64,000 bases of DNA. It comes from Candidatus Sulfopaludibacter sp. SbA3. GTDB lineage: Bacteria; Acidobacteriota; Terriglobia; Bryobacterales; Bryobacteraceae. The number at the start of each line of letters is the position of its first letter. Position 1 is the stretch's first letter. The stretch covers positions 81,944-145,943 of the forward strand of contig CAMAVI010000001.1 in the NCBI GenBank assembly GCA_945861625.1. The letters are read 5' to 3'. Below the pieces are notes generated by a model. That model was not told the origin of the DNA. It did not search any database and saw only the letters and a list, made by a program, of their open reading frames with translations. Both the position numbers and the translations under genes were made by a program. Positions 43,376 to 53,350 of this stretch are shown here, piece by piece.

Positions 43376-44776
43376 GTGGAATACTTCACGCTGCTGGGCG
43401 TGGTGACGGCCATTATCGCGGTGCTGGCTTGGATTTTGTTCTGGCGCCAACGCGACCCAGGTTTGCTAGTGGGAATCACCGCGCTGTATTACTGGTCGCT
43501 TTACGGAGCCTGGTCCGTCGTGATCGACAAGACCGGTGGATTTAGCGGCCAGCATTATCACTACCTGGAACGGAAGATGTTTCCCGTTCAACTGGACGGC
43601 TGGTACTTGATCACATTGGCCCTTTACGCCGGATTCATCATTCTGATCGAACTCACGCTGCTCGCCACGCTCACGCCCCGGCGTCTGCGTCCCGCGCCCC
43701 GGCTCGCGTTGCGGCACGACGCGATTTTGCTGCTCGGCTTCGCGGCTGGAATCGGCAGTTATCTGCTGATGCGCGGCAAATTGGACGCGGCCTGGGCCAT
43801 GAATACTTCGGCGTACTGGTATACGAGATCGCAGACCGACGAGTGGTCTACGCTGCCCCAGGTGTTGAACCGGGTGGCTCTGATTCCTCCCGCCATCGGG
43901 CTTGCCACTTTGGCGGCGGGCACGCGCTCACGCTATTTTATGAACGTGGTCCGGCCTTACACCTGGCCGGGTTACATCATTCTGCTGGGCGGGATGGCGG
44001 CGTTTACCTTCGTCCTGGGCAACAAGAATGAAGTGTTTACGGCGCTGTTGGCCGGAGGCCTTACCTATGCGGGTTCGCTACGCAGGCCCGGTTGGAAGAA
44101 GCTGGGATTAGTCCTCGGCTGCGGATTGTGGTTCTTGGCGGCGATTGATTTTTTCCGGGCGACGCCGCTTTCAGGTATGCAGGAAGCACTGTCGCAAAGG
44201 GCCACGCAACCCATGGAAACTGGCCGCTTCGTGGCTTCCAGCAACGAGGCCTTCGCCGCGCATTTCTCAATGTATGGAGTGCTGGCCAGCCGGACCGCGC
44301 TTCGCTTTGGGTACAGCCTGTATAGCTTGGCTTGTTCGGTGATTCCCAGAGTCGTGTGGCGGGACCGCCCACGCGACATCTATCTCTACTACGCCGAAAG
44401 CGTCGGCGCGATCTCCAATCAAGGTTACTCGTTGCACCATGCGACCGGCTGGTATTTGAATTTCGGTTACGCGGGTGTTGCGATCGGGGGCATTGTGCTG
44501 GGGCTGGTCTGGGCCGGTTGTCTCAACGCTCACCGCAGAGTTCGCCGCCGGTCCGGGCTGCTCCTCCGGTTGTTCTCGATCGTGGCGCCTTGGATCCTTG
44601 TCGCCGGCATTCCTCCCTTGATCCGGGCCGGCCCGGAGGGTTACAAGGGCCTGCTGCTGGAGTGCATCCTGCTGCCGGTGGGCGCGCTGGCGATTGCCTG
44701 CCGTCCGTCCGCGGCGCGGAAGAAGAAGTTGGTGTGGCATGCGGAGAGCGGATGGAGATGGGAGGGCGCCCATTGA
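43376..44776 (+). CDS. wzy: Polytopic membrane protein, probable repeat-unit polymerase (Wzy-like)
   Basis: 466 aa with a GTG start and more than 10 hydrophobic segments. There is no recognisable catalytic family motif. The assignment rests on topology and position between glycosyltransferases in a Wzx/Wzc locus. Confidence 0.5.
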   Translation: MEYFTLLGVVTAIIAVLAWILFWRQRDPGLLVGITALYYWSLYGAWSVVIDKTGGFSGQHYHYLERKMFPVQLDGWYLITLALYAGFIILIELTLLATLTPRRLRPAPRLALRHDAILLLGFAAGIGSYLLMRGKLDAAWAMNTSAYWYTRSQTDEWSTLPQVLNRVALIPPAIGLATLAAGTRSRYFMNVVRPYTWPGYIILLGGMAAFTFVLGNKNEVFTALLAGGLTYAGSLRRPGWKKLGLVLGCGLWFLAAIDFFRATPLSGMQEALSQRATQPMETGRFVASSNEAFAAHFSMYGVLASRTALRFGYSLYSLACSVIPRVVWRDRPRDIYLYYAESVGAISNQGYSLHHATGWYLNFGYAGVAIGGIVLGLVWAGCLNAHRRVRRRSGLLLRLFSIVAPWILVAGIPPLIRAGPEGYKGLLLECILLPVGALAIACRPSAARKKKLVWHAESGWRWEGAH

Positions 44777-45819
44777 TGCCGTTGCCCTTTCTCTCCGTGG
44801 TGATCCCGTGCCGCAATGAGGTGAGATTCCTGGCGCGCTGCCTGGATTCGATCTTGGCGGGTGGCTATCCCGCCGGGCGCATGGAAGTCCTGGTTGTGGA
44901 CGGCGGAAGCTCGGATGGGACCCGTGAACTGATTGAAGAGCGCGCACAGGCAGACCTGCGGGTGCGGTTGATCGACAATCCGCAAGGCACGACGCCGTGG
45001 GCGCTGAACCACGGGATCGCCGCCGCGCGCGGCGATATAGTCGCCCGCGTTGACGCCCATGCGGCCGTTGCCGCGGATTACTTCACTCTATGCGTCGCGC
45101 ATCTGGAGTCCTCCGGAGCCGACAACGTCGGCGGCACTATGCGCACCTTGCCGCGGGACATGGGTTTGTTTGCCGGGCCGATTGTGGCGGCTCTGGGTCA
45201 TCGATTTGGAGTGGGAAATTCCTACTTTCGGATCGGGTCACGCGAGCCGCGTTGGGTGGATACGGTGTTTGGCGGGTGCTGGCGCCGCGACGTATTCCAG
45301 CGCGTGGGCAAGTTCAATACGGACCTGCGGCGCAGCCAGGATATGGAGTTCAGTCTTCGACTCAAAGCCGCCGGCGGGCGGACACTTCTGGTTCCCGAGG
45401 TTTGCAGCGACTACTATGCGCGTTCGCGCCTGGGTTCCTTTGTGCGGCACAACTTCTCCAATGGCGAATGGGCCGTGCTCCCGTTCATATATAGCGATGT
45501 CATCCCCGTGTCGCTGCGCCACCTGATTCCGTTGTTGTTCGCACTCTCACTGCTGGCCGGCGCCACGCTGTTTGCCTGGACGCCCTGGCTCCTGGCGGCG
45601 GTCTGCATCCCTTACACGCTCGCGAACTTGGCTGCTTCCATGGACGTGGCCAGAAAGCTGAACGTGCCCGGCTACGTACTGTCGATGCCGCCGGTATTCT
45701 TCCTGCTGCACGCGAGCTACGGCCTGGGAAGCATTGTGGGAGTGCTCCGCGCGGCGAGTGCGAGCTGGCAACGAAAGCGCACCGTTCTGAAGGAGGGTCC
45801 ATGCATACCGCGGCACTAG
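44776..45819 (+). CDS. Glycosyltransferase family 2 with C-terminal membrane segments
   Basis: Track ORF 44332..45819; ATG 44776 gives MPLPFLSVVIPCRNEVRFLARCLDSILAG..VVDGGSSDGT. VDAH and QDMEF motifs are present, with 2-3 C-terminal TM helices. Confidence 0.85.
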   Translation: MPLPFLSVVIPCRNEVRFLARCLDSILAGGYPAGRMEVLVVDGGSSDGTRELIEERAQADLRVRLIDNPQGTTPWALNHGIAAARGDIVARVDAHAAVAADYFTLCVAHLESSGADNVGGTMRTLPRDMGLFAGPIVAALGHRFGVGNSYFRIGSREPRWVDTVFGGCWRRDVFQRVGKFNTDLRRSQDMEFSLRLKAAGGRTLLVPEVCSDYYARSRLGSFVRHNFSNGEWAVLPFIYSDVIPVSLRHLIPLLFALSLLAGATLFAWTPWLLAAVCIPYTLANLAASMDVARKLNVPGYVLSMPPVFFLLHASYGLGSIVGVLRAASASWQRKRTVLKEGPCIPRH

Positions 45820-46937
45820 CGCGTTCCATTCCATTCTTCCCATACCCACGGGTGTTTCTGTCGGAGGAAGACAGCCTCACCAGGATTTTCCGCGACGTGG
45901 GCCGCCGCGGAGCTTTCATTTTGCAGGAAGACGTACGCCGGTTCGAGGAAAATCTGGCGCGCTTCCTGGGCGTCCGCCATGCCATTGGCGTGGCCAACGC
46001 CACCGACGGTTTGCTGATTGCCCTGCGCGCCGCCGGCATTGAGCCCGGCGCGGAGGTAATTTTCAGTTCGCACACCATGGTGGCGACAGCGGCGGCGATC
46101 CACTTCGCGGGAGGTGTTCCGGTGCCCGTCGAATGCGGCGCGGACCACTTGATCGATGCGGGCGCGGTCGAGGCCGCCATCACTCCGCGCACCCGTGCGA
46201 TACTGCCCACGCAGTTGAACGGGCGGACCGCGAACATGGACGCGCTGGGCTCGCTTGCCAACCGCCACGGGCTCGCGATCATCGAAGACGCGGCGCAGGC
46301 GCTGGGCTCGCGTTTCCGCGGCCACTGCGCGGGAACCTTCGGCACCGCCGCGGCCATCAGCTTTTTCCCCGCCAAACTCCTGGGTTGCCTGGGGGACGGC
46401 GGAGCGGTGATCACCAATGACAGCGCCGTGGCCGCCCGGATCGCCGCGTTGCACGATCATGGCCGGGACGAATCCGGAAACGTCACGGGATGGGGATTGA
46501 ATTCGCGGCTCGACAATCTGCAGGCGGCGATTCTGGACTTTCGCCTCTGCAAATATGCAGGGGTTATGGAGCGCAGACGGGCGTTGGCGCAGGCCTACCG
46601 TGAGGGGCTTGCGGATGTGCCGGAGATTGTCCTGCCGCCTGGACCGGCGGGGGACGCGGATCACTTCGATGTCTACCAAAACTATGAAATTGAAGCCGGC
46701 CGGCGCGACGCGCTGCGCGAGTTTCTGAAACAACTCGGCATCGGCACTCTGCTGCCCTGGGGCGGTAAAGCCGTGCACCAGTGGGAAGCCTTGGGACTCC
46801 GCGCCCATCTGCCGCGCACCGAAACGCTCTTTGCGCGGGTGCTGCTGCTGCCCATGCATGCCTGGCTTACCGGCGAAGAAGTGGAAATCATCACGGAAGC
46901 GATACGAGCCTTCTACGGGAGAGGAAGATGCGCATGA
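45801..46937 (+). CDS. DegT/DnrJ/EryC1/StrS family sugar aminotransferase, copy 2
   Basis: 378 aa with AGGAGG upstream. The PLP lysine context is ISFFPAKLLGCLGDGG. Confidence 0.85.
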   Translation: MHTAALARSIPFFPYPRVFLSEEDSLTRIFRDVGRRGAFILQEDVRRFEENLARFLGVRHAIGVANATDGLLIALRAAGIEPGAEVIFSSHTMVATAAAIHFAGGVPVPVECGADHLIDAGAVEAAITPRTRAILPTQLNGRTANMDALGSLANRHGLAIIEDAAQALGSRFRGHCAGTFGTAAAISFFPAKLLGCLGDGGAVITNDSAVAARIAALHDHGRDESGNVTGWGLNSRLDNLQAAILDFRLCKYAGVMERRRALAQAYREGLADVPEIVLPPGPAGDADHFDVYQNYEIEAGRRDALREFLKQLGIGTLLPWGGKAVHQWEALGLRAHLPRTETLFARVLLLPMHAWLTGEEVEIITEAIRAFYGRGRCA

Positions 46938-47905
46938 ACACCGAGTGGCGGATCGCCTGCTGGGAGAAGATGATCCTGATCCGGCGGGCCGAGGAGACCA
47001 TTGCCGGAATGGTGGAAACGGGGGAAGTCCGCTGCCCGTGTCATCTGTGCATCGGCCAGGAGGCCGTTGCGGTGGGCGTCTGCGCGGCGCTCGAGGCGAC
47101 GGACACGATTTGGGGCGGCCACCGCTCGCACGGCCACTATCTGGCCAAGGGCGGGTCCCTGGAAGGTTTGTTCGCCGAGGTTCTGCTCAAAGTCACCGGA
47201 TGTTCGAGCGGACGCGGTGGGTCGATGCACTTGTTCGCGCCCGAGGTGGGAATCTTGGGTACGGTTCCGATTGTGGCCGGCACCGTGCCTCTGGCCGTGG
47301 GGGCGGCCTTCGCTTATAAGACGCGCGAGGAGAAGAACGTGGCGGTGGCATTCCTGGGCGATGGAAGCATGGAGGAAGGGCACGTGCACGAAGCCATGAA
47401 TCTGGCCTCGTTGTACCAGCTTCCCGTACTGTTTGTCTGCGAGAACAACTTGTATTCGAGCCACCTGCATTGGAGCGAACGGCGGGTTGCCGACAATCTG
47501 TTTTGCGCCGGCGAACTGCATTCGATTCCGGGTGAACGAGTGGACGGCAACGATGTGGCGGCGGTCTACCATTCCGTCCGCTGGGCCGTCGCGAGGGCTC
47601 GCCGCGGAGGCGGGCCGAGTCTGCTTGAATGCCGTACCTTCCGCTGGCGCGGGCACGTGGGAGCCAGCTATGACCAGGATGTCGGCGTCCAGCGCCGCGG
47701 CGAACTCGTCGACTGGATGCGCAGGGATCCCATCCAAGCCTTGACCGAACGGTTGGGGGAAGAGGGCGTCAACGATCTGGCCGAGCGCGAGCGCGCGATT
47801 GCGGATCGCATCGGCCAGGCACTGGCGGAAGCACGGCGCGCCGCACACCCTCTGCCGGACCGCGTGACGAAGTTTGTTTGGCGGGAGGCAGTATGCGCGC
47901 GTTGA
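46928..47905 (+). CDS. Thiamine-diphosphate-dependent dehydrogenase E1 component, alpha subunit
   Basis: ATG 46928 follows a GAGAGGAAG Shine-Dalgarno. The TPP-binding motif is GDGSMEEGHVHEAMNLASLYQLPVLFVCENN. Confidence 0.85.
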   Translation: MRMNTEWRIACWEKMILIRRAEETIAGMVETGEVRCPCHLCIGQEAVAVGVCAALEATDTIWGGHRSHGHYLAKGGSLEGLFAEVLLKVTGCSSGRGGSMHLFAPEVGILGTVPIVAGTVPLAVGAAFAYKTREEKNVAVAFLGDGSMEEGHVHEAMNLASLYQLPVLFVCENNLYSSHLHWSERRVADNLFCAGELHSIPGERVDGNDVAAVYHSVRWAVARARRGGGPSLLECRTFRWRGHVGASYDQDVGVQRRGELVDWMRRDPIQALTERLGEEGVNDLAERERAIADRIGQALAEARRAAHPLPDRVTKFVWREAVCAR

Positions 47906-48912
47906 GCTACGTGCAAGCCATTCGCGAAGCGCATGCACAGTTGCTGGCGCGGGACTCTCGCGTGTTCGTAATCGGGCAGGGCCTGTGGAGCCCCTGGTAT
48001 GCCGGATCGAGTCTGGAGGGGCTTGAGCGTGAATTTGGGCGCTCGCGCATGGTGGACAGTCCCGTGTCGGAAAACGCGGTCACCGGGTTGGCCATCGGAG
48101 CGGCACTGGCGGGCATGCGGCCCATTGTGTTTCACCCGCGCATGGATTTCATGCTGCTCGCGGTGGACCCTATTATGAACCAAGCCGCCAACTGGTCCTA
48201 CCTTTTTGGCGGCGCCCAGGGAGTTCCCCTGGTCATCCGCGCGGTCATCAATCGCGGCGGCCAGCAAGGCGCTCAACATTCACAGGCCCTGCATGCGATG
48301 TTCATGCACGTGCCGGGACTGAAAGTCGTGATGCCGGCCACCGCCTATGATGCCAAAGGCTTACTGATCGCGGCGATGGAAGATCCGAACCCGGTTCTCT
48401 ATATCGACGACCGCTGGCTCTACGGTGAGACGGGCGTGGTGCCGGAGGAGCCCTACACGGTGCCCATCGGGAAAGCGGCTGTGCGGCGGAGCGGTTCCGA
48501 TGTCACCCTCATCGGAATCTCATGGATGGCGGCAGAGAGTCTGCGCGCCGCGGCGCTGCTGGAACGGGAGGGAATCGACGCCGAGGTGATCGACCTGCGC
48601 AGCCTCAAACCCTGGGACCGCGACACCGTGGCGGCAAGCGTGGCGAGGACGGGCAGGGCAGTGATCGCGGACTCGGGCTGGCGCACGGCGGGAGCGGCGG
48701 CCGAGATCGCCGCGGAGGTCGGCGAGAGGGTGTTTCGCGAGTTGCTCGCCCCCATCGCGCGCGTGGCCTTGCCGGATGTCCCGGCCCCCTGCAGCGGTAT
48801 CGAGGAGCAGGCCTATTATCCGGGAGCAGAGCAGATCGCCGCCGCCGCCAGGCAGTTATTGACCAAGAGTAAAGCGGTGCGCATGGCGCGCACGGCACGG
48901 GGCGCGGCATGA
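47893..48912 (+). CDS. E1 component beta subunit (transketolase-like pyrimidine-binding and C-terminal domains)
   Basis: ATG 47893 follows [36 protein letters not shown]..., ..[18 protein letters not shown].. and ..[12 protein letters not shown].. are typical. Confidence 0.85.
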   Translation: MRALSYVQAIREAHAQLLARDSRVFVIGQGLWSPWYAGSSLEGLEREFGRSRMVDSPVSENAVTGLAIGAALAGMRPIVFHPRMDFMLLAVDPIMNQAANWSYLFGGAQGVPLVIRAVINRGGQQGAQHSQALHAMFMHVPGLKVVMPATAYDAKGLLIAAMEDPNPVLYIDDRWLYGETGVVPEEPYTVPIGKAAVRRSGSDVTLIGISWMAAESLRAAALLEREGIDAEVIDLRSLKPWDRDTVAASVARTGRAVIADSGWRTAGAAAEIAAEVGERVFRELLAPIARVALPDVPAPCSGIEEQAYYPGAEQIAAAARQLLTKSKAVRMARTARGAA

Positions 48913-49658
48913 AGCGGGCATTCGACTTCGTGATGGCGTTCGCGGCTTTGGTCATTCTGACGCCGCTTTTCGCGGCGATCGCGCTGGCGGTGTGGCTCGC
49001 AGACCGCCATACTCCTTGGTTCCGCGGAGTTCGCGTGGCGCGGGGGGGCGGCGAATTCGGCATGCTGAAGTTCCGCAGCATGCTGCCGGACGCCTGGAAA
49101 ACCGGAGTCAACTCCACCGCCGCCGGCGACTTGCGCATCACCCGCGTGGGCCGCTTTCTGCGGCGGAGTAAATTCGATGAGCTGCCGCAACTCTGGAACG
49201 TGTTGACGGGCGACATGAGTCTGGTGGGCCCGCGGCCGCAGGTGCCGGCCGATGTTTCTCTCTATACCGCCGAGGAGCGCCGGATACTGGCTATGCGCCC
49301 GGGCATCACGGATCTGGCATCGATTGTGTTCGCCGACGAGGGCGAGATCCTGCGGGGGAGCGCCAACCCCGATCTGCTTTATAACCAGGTGATCCGTCCG
49401 TGGAAGAGCCGGCTGGCACTGCTGTATGTTGAGCGCGCGTCGTTTGCTCTGGACCTGAAAATTCTACGGTGGACGGCGGGAACCCTGTTGTCGCGGCAGC
49501 GGGCACTGCGTTGCGTGGGCGAACTGCTCGACACCTGGGGCGTTGGAGATCCGTTGCGGGAGACGGTCCGGCGGAGAGGACCTCTTCTTGCTTATCCACC
49601 TCCGGGAAGCCGGGAAATTGTGTCGCGTTATCTTTCCACCACGGCAGGAGGACGATGA
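48909..49658 (+). CDS. Initiating sugar-phosphate transferase (bacterial sugar transferase, small PglC/WbaP-C type)
   Basis: 249 aa. [21 protein letters not shown].., ..LKFRSM.. and ..[21 protein letters not shown] are family signatures. Confidence 0.9.
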   Translation: MKRAFDFVMAFAALVILTPLFAAIALAVWLADRHTPWFRGVRVARGGGEFGMLKFRSMLPDAWKTGVNSTAAGDLRITRVGRFLRRSKFDELPQLWNVLTGDMSLVGPRPQVPADVSLYTAEERRILAMRPGITDLASIVFADEGEILRGSANPDLLYNQVIRPWKSRLALLYVERASFALDLKILRWTAGTLLSRQRALRCVGELLDTWGVGDPLRETVRRRGPLLAYPPPGSREIVSRYLSTTAGGR

Positions 49659-51583
49659 TTCGCAAGCACCGGCGGGAGGCCTCTGAAATCATGCACGCTG
49701 GATTGGCGGCGGCGGCGCTCGCGGGAGCCTTCCTTCTGCGCTTTGAATTCAGTCTGGAGAGCGAGTACCGCCGGATGCTCTGGCTGGCGTTGCCTTTTGT
49801 GCTGGCCGCAAAGACCGCGGTCTTCCGGGCTTTTTCACTACGCGACCTGTCTTGGCGCTTTATCGGTTTCGCGGATCTTTCGCGGATTGCCGCCGCCAAT
49901 GTCATTGCATCGGGGGCCTGTGTGGCCCTGCTGCGCATGGGGATCGGAAGTGCCTTCCCGCGGTCGATTTACGTTTTGGACCTGATCCTGTGTTGCGGCC
50001 TGTTGATGGCGGTACGCGCCGCTGCCCGCTATGGGTCGGAACGGCGAGCCTCCCGCGGACCGCGCGGCGCGCGAAGGATACTCATTTATGGCGCGGGGCA
50101 GGCCGGGCGCATGCTGCTGAGCGAGATCCGCGCCAATTCCGGGTGGAGCGGGCACGTCGTGGGTATCGTGGACGACGACCCGGCTAAATTTGGGCAGTGG
50201 CTGAATGGAGCCCGCGTATGGGGACCGGGAACTCAACTCGCCGAGATTGCGCGGCGCAAACGTGTGGACGAAGTCCTGCTTGCCATCCCTTCGGCTCCCG
50301 TGGCGACGATCGCCGCGATCTTGGAGCGTTGTCACGCTGTACCGTTGGCCACCAAAATTATTCCGCCGCTTACCGAGCTGGTGAAAACTCGCGTACTGGC
50401 CGAACAGATTCGCGAAGTTCGCGCGGAGGACCTCTTGGGCCGGCCGCCCGTGCGCTTGGAAGAAGCTGCGCTTCGCGGTGCGTTGACCGGAAAAATCGTA
50501 CTGGTGACCGGCGCCGCCGGATCGATTGGCAGTGAGTTGTGCCGGCAGATTGCGCACTTTGATCCGCGTGCCATCATTGGCTTCGATCAGGCCGAAACGG
50601 CTCTCTTTCATTTGGAGCAGGAACTGCGCGCCCGTTTCCCGCGCCTGGTTTTTCACGCCGAGGTCGGCAGTATCCAGAACCCGCGGCGGGTCGCGGGCTT
50701 GTTCCGCGACTACCGGCCGCAGTCGGTTTATCACGCCGCGGCCTACAAGCACGTTCCGGTGATGGAGACGCATCTGTTCGAGGCCATCGAGAACAATGTC
50801 TTTGGGACCCACCATGTGGCGCGGTCCGCCGCGAATTTCGGGGCGGAAACGTTCGTGCTGGTCAGTTCGGATAAAGCCGTGCGGCCGGCCAATATCATGG
50901 GCGCCAGCAAGCGCATGGCGGAGTTAGTCTCACTTGCCATGGCCGCGGAAAGCCCGGGCACCAGGTTCTTGGCGGTTCGCTTCGGCAATGTGTTGGGCTC
51001 CAGCGGCAGTGTGATTCCCCGCTTCAAACAGCAGATCGCCGAGGGCGGGCCGCTGACCGTCACCCATCCCGAGATGCAGCGCTTCTTCATGACCATTCCC
51101 GAGGCAGCGCAGCTGGTGCTGCAAGCGGCGGCTTCAAGTTTCAGCGGGGGCCCCAGCGGGGGCGCGAGCGGGGAGATTTTTGTGCTCGAGATGGGCGAAC
51201 CGGTGCGCATTGTAGACCTGGCGCGGAAAATGGTGTTGTTGAGCGGGCTGGTGCCGGGCCGGGATATTCACATTGAGTTTACGGGAATCCGGCCGGGTGA
51301 GAAGTTGTATGAAGAATTGAGCGCGTATGAGGAAGATACCGTCCCAACTCCCCATGAGCAGATCCGCGCCTACCGGGGGAGAGCAGTTTCCGGCGCGGCG
51401 ATGAGGCTGTGCCTGGCGGATCTGCGCCGGTTTATCGAGACGCGCGATGCAGCCGGCATCCTGCTGTGTCTCAAGGAATGGATTCCCGAGTATAACCCCA
51501 GCAGGACGGTTCTGCAGCGCGTTCTTGGACGGCCTGCCTCAATGGAGGCCGGGTCGCGGCTGGCTGTTGCCGCGGCCCGCTAG
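49655..51583 (+). CDS. Membrane-anchored NDP-sugar 4,6-dehydratase/epimerase (CapD/PglF/WbpM family)
   Basis: Track ORF 49469..51583; ATG 49655 overlaps the previous stop. It has N-terminal TM helices, two Rossmann motifs (IYGAGQAG, VTGAAGSIGSEL), YHAAAYKHVP, and SSDKAV..MGASKR. Confidence 0.9.
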   Translation: MIRKHRREASEIMHAGLAAAALAGAFLLRFEFSLESEYRRMLWLALPFVLAAKTAVFRAFSLRDLSWRFIGFADLSRIAAANVIASGACVALLRMGIGSAFPRSIYVLDLILCCGLLMAVRAAARYGSERRASRGPRGARRILIYGAGQAGRMLLSEIRANSGWSGHVVGIVDDDPAKFGQWLNGARVWGPGTQLAEIARRKRVDEVLLAIPSAPVATIAAILERCHAVPLATKIIPPLTELVKTRVLAEQIREVRAEDLLGRPPVRLEEAALRGALTGKIVLVTGAAGSIGSELCRQIAHFDPRAIIGFDQAETALFHLEQELRARFPRLVFHAEVGSIQNPRRVAGLFRDYRPQSVYHAAAYKHVPVMETHLFEAIENNVFGTHHVARSAANFGAETFVLVSSDKAVRPANIMGASKRMAELVSLAMAAESPGTRFLAVRFGNVLGSSGSVIPRFKQQIAEGGPLTVTHPEMQRFFMTIPEAAQLVLQAAASSFSGGPSGGASGEIFVLEMGEPVRIVDLARKMVLLSGLVPGRDIHIEFTGIRPGEKLYEELSAYEEDTVPTPHEQIRAYRGRAVSGAAMRLCLADLRRFIETRDAAGILLCLKEWIPEYNPSRTVLQRVLGRPASMEAGSRLAVAAAR

Positions 51584-52011
51584 TTTCTGGGTAATTGGAA
51601 GTTATGTACCGCCAAGGCACTGGTAGCCCCGGCAGCCGTCCAATTCACGATGGTAAAGAATTTCGCTGACCTCGGATACTTCTTGACAAGAATGTATTCA
51701 ACTCCCGCCAGCACCCCGGTGACGCCAAACTTAATGCCGGCGGCCTTCATCCCGAAACCGCCATTGGGGCTGGCCAGCAGCGGATTCAGTTCCCGCCGTC
51801 CAAAGGAACTAACCGTATCGAGCGACTGGCTGGCGGCGAGAGGCGCAAGGCTGACGATCCACTGCTTTTTCCATTTGGACTCGACTGACTCGATGAACCG
51901 GTTGGGCGGGTTGCCGGAGTCTTGTGCCGGAGTCAGCAGATTTTCGGCGGCTGGGAGCGCAGTTGCGGACAACATCAGCGCGGCGGTGTATAAGGCCAAA
52001 TTGTTTCTCAT
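51580..52011 (-). CDS. Small hypothetical exported/membrane protein
   Basis: 143 aa with the signal peptide MRNNLALYTAALMLSATALPA. It is convergent with the CapD-type gene, and the two stops share a CTAG. I recognise no family. Confidence 0.4.
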   Translation of the reverse strand: MRNNLALYTAALMLSATALPAAENLLTPAQDSGNPPNRFIESVESKWKKQWIVSLAPLAASQSLDTVSSFGRRELNPLLASPNGGFGMKAAGIKFGVTGVLAGVEYILVKKYPRSAKFFTIVNWTAAGATSALAVHNFQLPRN

Positions 52012-52051
52012 GAGTGGTTTCCTTTATCCCATAGCGGGGTGGTCTTAAGTC

Positions 52052-53350
52052 ATGAGAGTAATCCGAGTGGAGAAACCCTTCCACCGGCTTGGTTGCAGTA
52101 CCGGCTGGATCGAAGGTACCCCCCGGGCTCGTGTCAAAGCACAACGGATTGCCGCTGCGGGACTTTTTGGATTGGCGGTCACGGCGACCGTAACCATTTC
52201 CGCGCGTAACCCACTGCTCGCGTGGGGCTATTGCCTAGGGATATTCCTGCCCTGCCTATATGGTCTAGTCATAAGTCTTCGGGAATCGCACACCCGTAGG
52301 AACTGGAGTCGCAACGGGATTCGATATTCCACTCCGGCCGGCGCGCTGGTCCTTCTGTCACTCTGGGGATTTGGGCAACTAGCGCTGGGTGTCACGGAAT
52401 ATCGTCAAGGAACCTGGAACGAGTCGTTGCGTATGGCGGCACTCGGCGGGACAGCATATGCCGCCGCGTTCTCGCTTGCGAGCGCCGACTTGCGGCTGCG
52501 CTTTCTACGGGGATTTGCCTGGTTCGGATTCGTGTTGAGTGCGATCTCGTTTGTCGCGTACTTTACTTCGCCGGGTCAGGTTTTATGGCTATTCCCGAGT
52601 CCCTATCCCGACGTTTGGGGACCGTTCCTAAGCCGGAATGACTTTGCGGGGTTTCTGGAGCTCAGTTTCCCGGTGGCGCTGTGGATGAGTCTGGATGTTT
52701 CCGTTCAGCGTGCTCGCATGCCCTTGTGGGTTCCCGCGTGGATGCTCGCCGCGGGTGTGGCTTCGGGCTCGCGTGCCGGCGCCGCGTTGCTGCTTGTGGA
52801 GGCTGCCGTCATCCTTGTCACCGCCGCGCGCCAGAGGATCAGGTTCCGCTTCGTGCTCTTAGCCGTGTTGCTCGTAGCCTTGACCGGGGCGGGCGCGCTG
52901 CTTGGCCGACTGAACGATCGTGACCCTCTGCGCTATCGCCGCGAGATGGCTTCTTCCACTCTGCAAATGATTGCTGAGCGGCCCTGGCGCGGATTTGGGA
53001 TCGGAACCTATGCCCTAGTCTATCCGGCCTACGCGCAATTCGATTCCGGCGCGGTTGTGGAGCACGCGCACAATCATTGGCTGGAGTGGGCGGCGGAAGG
53101 AGGGATACCGTTTGCCTTGGTGTGGGGAGCATTGGCGTGCGGAATCTTTTTACCTGCCGTGCGGTCGATATGGGGCCTGGGGACGAGTGTGGCGTTCCTG
53201 CACGCGTTGGTGGATTATCCCTACGCGCGGTTTGGTTTAACGGCGTGGAATTTCGCGCTCATCGGGGCTCTGCTTGCGATCGAAATGAGAGAAGTCGGAG
53301 TCCCGTTGCACTTACACAGTAGTAGAAACCTTGAGGAGAATGACTCGTGA
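52052..53350 (+). CDS. O-antigen ligase family (Wzy_C) membrane protein
   Basis: 432 aa and polytopic. VEHAHNHWLEWAAEGGIPFALVW is the Wzy_C loop motif. The start codon is uncertain. Confidence 0.7.
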   Translation: MRVIRVEKPFHRLGCSTGWIEGTPRARVKAQRIAAAGLFGLAVTATVTISARNPLLAWGYCLGIFLPCLYGLVISLRESHTRRNWSRNGIRYSTPAGALVLLSLWGFGQLALGVTEYRQGTWNESLRMAALGGTAYAAAFSLASADLRLRFLRGFAWFGFVLSAISFVAYFTSPGQVLWLFPSPYPDVWGPFLSRNDFAGFLELSFPVALWMSLDVSVQRARMPLWVPAWMLAAGVASGSRAGAALLLVEAAVILVTAARQRIRFRFVLLAVLLVALTGAGALLGRLNDRDPLRYRREMASSTLQMIAERPWRGFGIGTYALVYPAYAQFDSGAVVEHAHNHWLEWAAEGGIPFALVWGALACGIFLPAVRSIWGLGTSVAFLHALVDYPYARFGLTAWNFALIGALLAIEMREVGVPLHLHSSRNLEENDS

